Shown here piece after piece: positions 42,901 through 54,900 of a stretch of 64,000 bases of DNA (the stretch's first letter is position 1; each line of letters begins with the position of its first letter). The stretch comes from Ascidiella aspersa. Taxonomy: Eukaryota. The position numbers and the translations under genes were made by a program. The stretch is from the NCBI GenBank assembly GCA_963924565.1, contig OZ004607.1:24304001-24368000 (forward strand), in the 5' to 3' direction. A model generated the notes under the pieces. It ran no database searches, was not told where the DNA came from, and was given only the letters and a program-made list of their open reading frames with translations.

Positions 42901-45900
42901 AGACAAGACATTTACATTAACCATCCAAATTTACCAAACCAATAAATATATCTCGAATAACTGAGGGCGCGAGACCACTTCACACAAAAAACTATTTTTT
43001 TCTTCCCTATACGCAGGTGCGTTGGATTGCCTTGGTCGAGGCATTTGCAATCCACCTCGCGCGCATATCGAAAACGCTTCAATCGCTCCCGAGTCCCTCT
43101 ACCAATATGAGGAGCCCTACTGCCAGTGCCAGGAGCCCTATATGGGCGACAGCTGTGAACTGAGATGTGAGAACGGGTCGCCGCGTCGTACCGTCAACGG
43201 CACTTGGTGGTGCGAGTGCGATCCTTGTTACGCCGGCGAGGCTTGCGATCGCCTGTGCAACTTGCAGGTAGAGGCTTACTTTTTATCGTGACTGTGGGAT
43301 AATGTTTGTTATTTATAATAATGCGAGAGCGGACAATTTGTTCGATTAACGGACAATTTGTTCGATTTGTTTGAGTCGATCACTCTTGAGACTTTGCAAA
43401 TTCGCTATATTTTGTGTTTTGAATTTGGAAATTTTGCGTAATTTATCTCGGCGGATTACACTTTCTAGAAACTTTTTATTTATTACAAAATGACCGTAGA
43501 AGGTATTTTAGAACTTGGTTTTCGGCTGTAGTTTTAAAACTTGGTTTTCCGCTGCTCAAATTAAAACATTACACGCGACGTCTATAAAATAAGCCAAGCT
43601 TTGTAATCGCCGACCCTTTTTTCACTTCTGAAATTCTTCGTTACAGGGCAACTGCACCGAGGCTGGCGTGTGCGAATGTGGCTTCGACGGGTGGCGAGGC
43701 GACAGGTGCGACGTGCCGGGCTGCCCTGGACACAAGATCGACTGCAGCCGGCACGGCGACTGTAACGCGGCGGCCGGCGTGTGCGTCTGCGTACCAGGCT
43801 GGTCAGGAGTTGGCTGTCACGTACCCGACTGTCCTGCCAATCCCGACTGCAACTCACACGGCTCCTGCGTTGAGCCGCCGCTGCTTCCGGGCGACGACGG
43901 CGTTTCGGTGATCGACCGCTTGCCTGTGTGCGATTGCGACGCGGGCTACTACGGCGTCGCTTGTCAGTTCCGCTGCGCCTACGGCAGCATCGACCAGCAG
44001 CACCAGAACTGCAGCTGCGAGCTTTGCTACCACGGACACGCCTGCGACCAGCTCTGCTCTGGCGTGGGAAGCTGTGGCACCGACGGGTGTGTGTGCGGCT
44101 TCGACGGAGGACGCGGAACTTACTGCGACGAACCGGGTTGCCCAGGTAGAGCTTTCGGATAAGTCGTAAAATGAGGGTTCAAACGTGAAGTAGCATCAAG
44201 TAACAAGTTAATATAAGTTTCAATGTTACCTTTACACGCAAATACAGACCCGGTACTCGTACATTTTTACACATACGTTTCGTTCATCACACTACTGCGA
44301 CGAACCGGTTGCCCAGGTATAGTATTTTTGATACGTCGTAAAATGGCTTTTGGGGTGAAACTTAAAGTAGCATCAAGTAACAAGTGATTTTAAGTTTCAA
44401 TGTTACCTTTACACGCTAACATAGACCCGTTACTTGTACATTTTTATACACACAGCAAAAATGTTGATATAGCCATACCGTTTCGGTCATCACAAATATA
44501 AAAGTTTAAGTCTACGTTTAAAAAAAGTTAAAGTGACGTTTAATTTCAACGATAGTTTATTATAAAAATTCTTACAAAATATAATCGTATTTACACTAAC
44601 CAGTGGCATATGACAAAGGGTTAATTTCTGCCTTGAAAGTTTCTTTCTATAACCCTACAGCTACTTCTCATTGCTGAGTAATTTGAAAGGCCAAATTACC
44701 AAACACCTTTCATTGACTGAACAGGGATGAACGGCATCGATTGTTCCGGCCACGGAAGTTGCATTTCATCGACCGGTCAGTGCATTTGCAACCCTGGATG
44801 GACCGGGAACGGATGTCACCTGCCCTCATGCGAGCAAGATTGCCACGGTAGAGGCGAGTGCTTCCCAAGCGACCCAAGTTCACCACAGTACATCCAAGGT
44901 TGGTGAAATCGTCGGTATATTTCCGTATAAAAAATGAAGTTAATAGGAAATGAACCTAGTTTTTTATCCCTTATGATTGAAAATGTCTATTAATTTAAAG
45001 TTGTTTATTGATTTATCGTGTACAGATAAAAATCACGAAAAAACAAAAAATAAACAAGATATCTACTGAAAATAAATGTTCGGCCCATATAATTAGGAAC
45101 CACTTCTGTAAACAAGGAAAAGAATAAAAGTTCTTTGATTTATTGGATGTATTTTTTACCGCATATAACATATATGATTCTGCATCATACTTGGGTTCTA
45201 AAATTTAAATTTGTTTTGCTTTAAAGTAAACACAATACTAATTTAATGCGATTCATTGAATCTTTCGCTCCAGGATCATCAGTAAATGCCTTACCTTTTC
45301 AGGCATCGTCCCGTATTGCCGCAACTGTTCGGAGGGTTGGATGGGAACGGCTTGCCAAACGCAATGCGGACCGGACCACGGTCGCCAAGTCCCGATGGAC
45401 AGCGGTGTGTGCGAGTGTGACGCTTGCTACCATGGCGTGTCGTGTCACAGTCTGTGCGGTGGTCAGGGTAACTGTACTACTGGCAACACGTGCGATTGCA
45501 CTGACAGCGCCGGGCTCACCGCTGGCTGGTGGGGAGCGTACTGCAACCAGGCAAACTGCCCAGGAATTGGTAAGCCTATGCTTTTATGTGTTACCGTAAA
45601 AAACAACATGAATAGTTCGAGGTTTTGTGAACGATCGGGATTCAGCAGGCAATGGTGCTTGGGTTGTTTTTTGATCGACGGTCCCGGTATGACCGGAATT
45701 CGTGAGACTTCACCGCGCAGGCTAGTTGTTTTTCTAGCCTGACCTTGCTTGCACTATAATCCTGACCAGGCTAACTAATTCCAGTAAGCCTTTCCGAAGG
45801 TATCCTGTGTATATATCCAGACAGGTTAACAATAGGCCTACTAAAGATTTGTCGCTTATTGGCCAATCTACTTTTAGCACGGTCGACAGCATTGGTAGAA

Positions 45901-48900
45901 TGAATAAAGTTCCGGCAAATCAATTTGTTTCTAACAAAACCCACTTGTTACCTGTTTTACAGACGTTCCGTGCAGCAACCACGGCAAATGCAATCTGTTT
46001 TCACTGCAATGTTGGTGCGACCAGGGCTGGACCGGCAGCGGCTGCCACATTCCCGATTGTCCTGGCGAGGTGGATTGCAACGGAAGGGGAACGTGCAACG
46101 CTAACACCAATCCACCGTCCTGTGTCAATTGCCAAGAAGGTCATTATACAATTACAGTCATACGTACCTGACGGTGGTCTTTAACCGGATCACTGTGGGT
46201 TTGTGTCCTGGCATTTTTTTTGCTGGGTAACACCGGGTTTTTTTTGGCCAGTAAAATACTAAAATTATTACCTTACTGACACTATTACCTATTACCTACA
46301 CCACAAGCAAAAAGGCGAAAATGTTGACCTTCTGCCGATGCGCAGGTATAACTTGGATGGTGCCTACCTCCAAGTGGCGGCACCATCTCCCTTTGGGAAT
46401 GGTTGTCCTGAGGACTGGGCCTGAACCTATTACTGACATTTCAGACATTCCCGGCCTTCTTTTCGGCCAATCGGAAGAATTAGCCACTACCCCTTTACCC
46501 TTTACCTTACTCTTACTTTCTTTACTTTCTTTTGGTTAAAAAAAAATCTTTAGACTATACATGATTACTGGCATAATATGCTATACTTAATATTATGTTG
46601 GTATGGACGACATAATATTCTGTATATTGATGATGAATGCTTTCTATGCCTATCATTCCGTTTTGCTTATACCGCTTGGTTAATAACTGATAAACCCCAA
46701 TGTAGTGCTGGTCATCACAGCTCTTTAGGAATAATAAATAAAATATTAAGCATAGATGTAAAACGAATTAGGTAATTATCTGTTTTCTACAAATGCAAAT
46801 CGAGTTACTAATTAATTGTGTTTTGCGAATTAGGTTGGTTTGGTGAAGCCTGCGAAACCAGCTGTTTATACGGAACTCCTTCTGAATCCGGCCTCTGCAT
46901 TTGCGATTCGTGCCATACCGGAATTGCCTGTGACCAAGAGTGCAGTGGACAAGGAACTTGTACAAACGGAAAGTGTGGCTGCAACGCAGCGTGGTGGGGT
47001 AGGTCTTGTTCTTTGTTTGCTGCGCTAAATGTGTAATATTGGAAATAACCTTGACCGGTGCAAGATACATATCGACCTCAATTCCCGATCAGTGACAGCA
47101 TAATATTCAATCTAGTAATTCAGTTAAGACAATTTATATATTTTAAAACAACTTAAAAGATATATTTTGCCGATGAAGGCGTCGGTATATTTTTATTCGA
47201 GTGAATTCGTATATAAATATCACAATCTATACAAGGTGTCTGCCCTGAATTACTAGCTTTGCTAGACTACTCTGCTGTTTTTGTTTTTAAGATAGCAAGT
47301 TTAGCTGTAATTCTAACGCACGTTAAATCAAGCGATGTCAATCAAGATAGAAAATCAAACAAAGGGTTGTAATTTGAATCGATCGGCGCTTTTGGCCAGA
47401 TATATGTAACGCAAATGCTCAACGTGAACATTTTTCAACAGGAGCGAAGTGTGAAATCCAAGGATGTCCAGGAATGGGAAGCTATTGTACAGGCCGCGGT
47501 CATTGCAACTTGTTGGAACAGACCTGCCACTGCTATAGCGGATGGAAGGGCGACGGCTGCAACACGCCAGACTGCCCTGGAGTGCCCGACTGCTTCGACC
47601 GAGGTAGAATTCAGGATTACTAAGTGAAAATATAGATAAGCACATTGACCCATCTACAAATGTACCTTGCATATTCAGCGAGCTCATTGCTTAATTTGAC
47701 ATTATTTTTTCGCCAAGTTAAATACCAAATGTCACGTTGAAATGCTTTATTGTTTCATATACGTATCCGACTATAAAATAACGACTTAATCAGTTTAACG
47801 AATAGTAGTAAATGTCAGAAACACGTGACAAATGTGAAATATAGCGCTTCCTGCTATATTAGCAACTATATCGGCACAGTAACTTGAAGCGCTCATGTTG
47901 ATATAGAAAACTTTAAGGCCGCGTAGTCTGTTCGGCAAACTTCAAATACAAAGTTTAAATTGCGTTTAGTGGTGTCTGATACTTGGTATTGGGATACCGA
48001 ACCGCGATCCGACGCGATACCTAATGAGCTTATTACTATGGTCAAAGAAATGATTTAAATAAATCAAAAACCCGTGATTAATAATTTTTAAGCTATTCTA
48101 GGCCTAAAATACCTTTTGCGTTAAGCCTTTTCACGTAAAAACAAAATCCTGCGACGAACAAGCTAATTTTGTATCGAATTGCCAACAATAATCCCGATTA
48201 TCGGACGAGTACCGATAAATGTTACTTTACATCGGTTACCAGCTGCGACAAAAATTATCCGAAATTCTCAGTTACGTTTATTGAAAGTGTACAACTTACT
48301 ATCCCGTTTCTCAGGAACCTGCGACGGAATTAACTTCTCGATGCCGCGTTGTGTGAACTGCAACAGTGGCTGGATCGGCGTGGCCTGTGACGTCAGGTGC
48401 ATCTTCGGGGACGAGGTGGCGACCAACAGCGAGCTGTGCCAGTGCTCGAGCCAGTGCTACACGGGAGACGCTTGCGATGTCGAGTGCTCAGCGCATGGAA
48501 AGTGTTCCAACGGAAGCACGTGCGTCTGTGATGAAGGTACGCGGTTTATGTTTTTGCAACAGCAAGTAACGATAAAGTAAAAAAATAGGTTTGGTACTAA
48601 AAGCGCTGCTTCGCAAAGTACACAACCCCAAATTTTCGCCCAAAGCATCAGCTTGAATTTAGAATATACCCACAAAAAATATCACTAAAATCAAATTATA
48701 AAAAAATCATTGAGACTTTCCTACAAGAAAATCTTTTCAGATATCGTCTCCAGTGTTCCCTCTGAGAAGAAATTTTACTGCGCAAACATTTTTTTTAGTG
48801 CGCAAGAATCTTTTAAGGCTGCCTTGCCAGGGTTCCGGGGAAGATCAACGTTTTTTTATTGGGGCAAGTCGTGAAAATTGTATAGATGACATCACTTTTG

Positions 48901-51900
48901 TTTTCTCACTCATTTTGCATCAATATAATTGCCAATTTGTGAGGGACATTGACCCAACAGCTCTTATATGACTGTAAAAAAATGTAAAGATTTTTAACTT
49001 CTAAACTGGAAAAGATAGCAGTGCGCAAATGGCAAATTTTACAGCACAAATTGTCTGGTAGCTGCGCGCCACCGCCTTTTTACTGCTAACCAATTCTTCA
49101 ATTTAAACTTGATCCTTTTCAGGTTTTCAGGGAACATCCTGCCAGTACCTGAAGTGTCCTGGAGAGGACATATGCAACGGACGCGGGAGCTGTGTGCGAA
49201 TCGACGAGCAGTCTGTTTGCATTTGCAAGCCTGGCTTTGCTGGGCCTGATTGTTCGGAGCTGGTCTGCCCTGGAACACCCTCTTGCAATTCAAGAGGTAC
49301 TTTTAACGTTCATCATGAAGAAAATAAAAATGTCACATTTAACCCATTTTATTTAAAGTAGCACAGAAGGCTGGTGAGTTTTAGTTTGATAAATAAGGCA
49401 CAAATAAATCTGATATACATTTTCATAGCCTGACTTTGAGCACAAATGTTTATCGATGTTGCGTGTATAGGCTTACAAAACAACTTTCGAAATAACTAAG
49501 ACCTATCATTAGCGGCCGTGTTATTTGTGCCGTGACCCATATCACTTCAAACCCTTGTTCGTATATCTAAGATTAACTAAAACGCCATCAACAGTTATAT
49601 TATAAAAGCTAATTCCCAAAATTAAAGGGGATAGAATTAAATTTTCACGATTTATTACAACTTTGAAACAGGATCGTGTCTGCTGGTCAATGAAGTGCCG
49701 CAGTGCGTTTGCGAGCACAACTTCGACGGCGCGGCATGCGACAGATGCAAGGCGCGCTACACCGGATCCAACTGCGAGCGCTGCCAGACTGGAAGCGTGG
49801 GCTTCTCCAGCGCTTGTGAGGTAGGCTGTGAAAAACACATAAGTAGGACGCCTCGTGAGCTAAACTCTGTCCTGAAAGTATTTTTTACTGTACCTTTTTG
49901 GCAAAAGTTTGGCTTTTTTATGGACTTGCTATATTTGCGTTGTCACATTACAACCAAGCTGCAAACACTGAACTGTCATTTTGTCCCTGTATACTTTTCA
50001 AAATTTAAGTGACACGCGACGATGTTACACCTCTTAGCAATCTCTGTTTGTTTTAGATTCGTAAAAACTGTTTTGAGCGATGATTTAAGTAGTCCTATAT
50101 TATAAAACATAGTAACTGTTTAACCAGTGGCTTCCTTAATATTGACCATTTTGCTGTAAGTCAGGTAGTCAATAAAATAATAGGATAGTATGGGAACTCC
50201 ATTATTTAAGGTAATAGTTTGATGAAGAATAAAATATTATTTTATAAAGATATGTATCATCCTCTAAACATTTTTGCGTAAGTTTATATAAAGTTATACT
50301 ATGAAATACGTAAAAGAAAAGTGTGCCTATCCGTTGCAACGTCGGCCCATATACAAAGGTCACAACAAAATGGTGTAATTGGTTATTGCAGGTACCTTGT
50401 CTGCACGGATATGGGCTGCCGGGTAACGACACACAATGCGTGTGCTATGATGACGACACCAATGGCCACTGGGTGGGAGAAACCTGCGACAGGTAAGCGA
50501 AATAATTGGAGCATAAGAAGGAATGATATACCCATACAATGGGTCGCTTACATGAGATTTCTTGTGCTCTCTTTCCACAAACGCTATATCTACTTCGTTG
50601 TGAACTATACACACAGCTGCAAGACCGGTTGGAATGCGCCGCTGTGCACAACGTGCCATCAAGACTACGTCGGTGAAGGACATTGTACGATCGAATGCAC
50701 TGCAGCTCAAGGAAAATACAAGCATCCACACGAGGGCAGTGGTGGCACTCACAGGGTCGAGGTTTGTGATTGAACGAAACGACTACCTGCGGCATCACAA
50801 TGCTAATATATCGTCTAGGTTTATCTTGTATTTGTCTCTATAGTTACATTTTTTATTTAGTATTTCGTTTATTCTGTTAGTAATTAATTTGTTGCGGCAT
50901 TTTTATATTTTGGTTAGTGTTCAGTTTATTATACCAAGTAATATATAGTAGAGATAAAAAAGGTTATACAAACTTTATTATTCTTAATAGCCGTTGGTGA
51001 ATTGCTACACCCCTGCTGTCGAAGAAAACGACGGTGTCGTTTGGTTTGGTTACAACAACCTTAATTCGCACATCTTGAAATTGGATGCCGGACCAAGCAA
51101 TCATTTTATCGTCGACAAACTGGAAAAGCGTAACATCCAAGTTAACTTGGGACAAGTGACGCAGTTTTATCCAGGAAAACACGACTACGTGTTCAGCGTG
51201 AGGTACAGTAAATTTAATTCATAGACGCGCAAAGATATGAGGGCATAAGGTTTAACACAATGATACTTGTTTCAGTTTGGCCAAGGAAACGATTGTGCAT
51301 TGGTACCTGAAGAACCCCCTTAGTCCTATTGCTGGCTTGATGGCATCATCGGGCAACAGCAGCGTACCTGAGTGTAATGCGTCACAAACTGCCACCAAGG
51401 TGAGTCGAAATAGATTTAGGTCAAGTAAAGAAAATAACGTGTTCGGGCTAAAAATTTTTGTTTAATTATACTGGGTTTTATTTAAGGTGATATATAATAT
51501 GTGGTGGTATTTCTATTTTATAACAGATAGTGCTCAAAATCGATTACTAAAAATAAATTTGAAAAGGTATATATTGGACCGTCGTATTTTATAGCTAAAT
51601 GTTGTATTTCTGCTGTTCAAAACAAAAAAAGCCTTTGGCTGTTTAGAGAACGACTTGTCTTGGTTATTTTACGCACTATTCATGTTTACCGTTTTGCGTC
51701 TGATGTCCGTTTACCGTAACTCTTAGATCGGTGGTCCGTATCCGGTCGCGTCTGACGATCCGGGCTCGTGTTCTTGCGTGCACGGCTACTGGGGCCTCAA
51801 GTGCCAGTACGAGTGCCCGGGCGGCGGCTTCAACCCTTGCTTTGGCCACGGCACCTGCGACGCTGCCACCGGGGAGTGCGCATGCCAACCCAACTTCCTG

Positions 51901-54900
51901 GCTTCGACGCACTGCGAAGCTTGCGTGAGCGGATGGTTCGGACTGGACTGCACGGTGGCCACCTGCCCAGGTACGTAACTTGGTCCGACTTTGTTCTGAT
52001 CGACAATGCAAGCTTAAGTGCTATGTACAGACTATTCGGGAAATATGTTGTTTCTCGACTCGCTCGTTTCTGAGCCTGTGTAGCTCAGTTTGTAGAGCGA
52101 ACGTCCCGGTATGGCCGGAGGTCGTGAGTTCAAACCTCACTGCAGGCTAGATGTTTTTCTAGCCCGCCTTGCTTGCGTCTTTGATCGACAGATTCGTTTT
52201 TACTCTGCGATGGCTTTCGGTGTAATATTGATATGTAAGCCGTTATCGTTGGTCAAATAGCGACTTCAGAAGGGCTAGGTCAGAGAGTATATGTGTGACC
52301 TTTCATTCAACACCCGGAATATAACATTTTCGTGTTTTATTCTCATCTCGGAAGTTTATGTCCTAAAACAACTTCAATCATGTATTGTATCCCGTTTTTC
52401 ATCGTGTATATTGCGTTTTCGCAACAATATGCGTATTAAAACCTTTAATTATATTAACAAACTATATTGATTTTTCGTTGATAACAATTTTTCGTTTACA
52501 TTTGCAAAACACTTCTTGCAGTTTCACATGTTTGCGTTCCACAAAACACGAGCACACCTGCCACCACCAACCAGACGGAAAGCAGCGTACAGGATCAAAC
52601 GAGAAATACCTATGTTTCTCTTGCATTTTCCTCGTCCCATTTCACTACATTCGACGGGGCCTTGTACAATATGCAGGGAAGCGGAGACTACATACTCTAT
52701 CAAATGAAAGACTTCATTGTACAGGTATAGCATGGCAGTTACATGTGACAATTATTTAAACAACGTGCATTGTTTGTGTAGTGGGCAATTTGGAGTTAAG
52801 CCTTGCTTTTAAAGCCATGTTTTTGGTGGAAAACAGTAAATTCACATTTGTTTTTAGATCCGCACGGCCCCGTGCTATGGTTTGTCTGCTCCGTGTATCT
52901 CATCTGTTGCTGTCCAAGTCGACCAAAATGATGTCTTGATAATACAAGCAGGGTGCGTATTTTAATTCAATAACTTTTAATTGGTCTGGAAACGTTTTAA
53001 AATGCACTTTGTGTCAAATGCTTTGTTTCAAAATATATTTCAATGTACCATAACATCAGGTATAACGAAAAAGATGTCGACGGAGCGATTTGCATGAACG
53101 GCGAAACGTTGCTTGTCGGCGAAGGGGTGATAATAGGAGGAACTACCCAAGTAACACATCCTGCTGCAGGAAGCTACCATATCAGCCAGAACGACACAAA
53201 GGATGTTAATGGAACCGGATTCAGGTATTAATGATTATAGCGACGACGCAATTATCATAATGTCAGCTTTTAAATTTGTTATTACGAAAAATTGTCAACA
53301 CAAAGGAAAAAAATTACGATTATAAACAGGTTAAATAGTGGGTCAAGGATAATGTATCAGTTACCTTTTTTTTATGATATTCACATTGGAACATTTGTTT
53401 ACAGCCTGCAAGTACAAGTTGCCGGTCTTTATCTGAATTTAATGCTGAAAACGGGAAATGATCATTGCAAGGATGCGTCTGGTCTTTTCGTCTCGTGCAA
53501 CTCGGATCCTAAAGACGATTTCAAAACAAGCGACAACTTGGTATGGATATTGGATATGACAATTTTACGTTATTATTTTTAAGAATGAATAAACAGTCGG
53601 AACACCCGAGGATGTTGTTCTCTCTTCTATTAGGAGTCAGTTTCGATTTTAACGAAATTACAAGGGAATTTCTAAAACTTAACTTTTCCTATGTAAAAAC
53701 GCTTTTCAATGTCAAAATGTGACTTTTGAAAACTAACGTTTATGTTACACAAGCCTTGCGTTAAGCAGTTAAAATTTTTTTAACTTAAAAAGGAACAAAC
53801 CATATTTTATTCTTAACTTACCAAGTTCAATGACTATACGGTGCACGTATGCCGTAGCCATCCCTGCAAAGCAAAATGCTTTTTCTCATGCAGGATTTTG
53901 AACTCGACAAACTAACGCCGGAAGAAATCGGGCGCTTCACTGAGACCTGGAAGTCCTCCTATGGCGACAACGCGCCTTCGCTCTTCACTCAAACCTGTAG
54001 CGTCGCGTACAGGAGCCTCTCGCAGACCGGCTCCGACAACTGCCTCAAGCTTAACGGCTCCGTAATATCGACCAGCAACAAGCAGCCCTTCGTCGACTAC
54101 GACGTCACGTTTGAGTTCGACTTAAAAGCGTACGTCGGTGAGGAAGCGCAAGGCTGCTACGACGTGTTCCGTTACGTGCGCCTGGAAACGAAGATCGTTA
54201 AGCTGGTGGCCTGCGCCGACTCGCCCGGCCAAATGAACTTGCGCGTCACCTACGAGACCCAGGAAACGGCGAGCCTGACCGCCGAGCACGTGCTCCCCTT
54301 CAAAGTGCAGACCGGCGCCTGGTATCACATCGCGGTCACTTGGAAGAAGAACGACGCCCAGATGCAGGTAACCCCAATGGCCGTCTTGTAGTAGCTCACA
54401 AGGCATGTTTTCATTTCCAAATCGCTAATCTGTTTGTAAAGCGAGGGTGGTCAAAACCGAACATTTGGGTCACACGTGTCCTACAACCTTATTATCTTTC
54501 TCCCGCGGGACGTTAAATCTAAGCATTTTTTATTGGTCATCGTCGTATCATATCCACTTAGTTTAGAATTTAGAGCACATTTTTAATGTTTTAATACATC
54601 GTCTTACTTGCTTTTGGGAAACCATAAGGTCATGCACACTTGTATCCATAAGGTCATGCACACTTGTACATACGTTAAGTCGTTCTGTGCTTGCATCATC
54701 ATGCAGAGATAGATGGAGGCGAGAAATCTATGTCTGAATTTTAAACGACTGGTTGCGTGTTTTGATAGGGGGTATCGGTGTTCAAGCTTGCTTTGATTTT
54801 TGGCATCTTGATTTTCATTGGTGTAAATGCCTTTGTTCCACAATCGTGGGTGCGCGCGCAAATAACCGGGCATCTCTAATTTTACTACCTCCTCAGGTAA

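Noticed and set aside
45241-45290. Minus-strand CTGATGA...GAAA with a GATTC/GAATC stem, resembling a hammerhead
   Set aside because: No viable stem II, no UH after stem III, and stem I is out of register. Likely chance.
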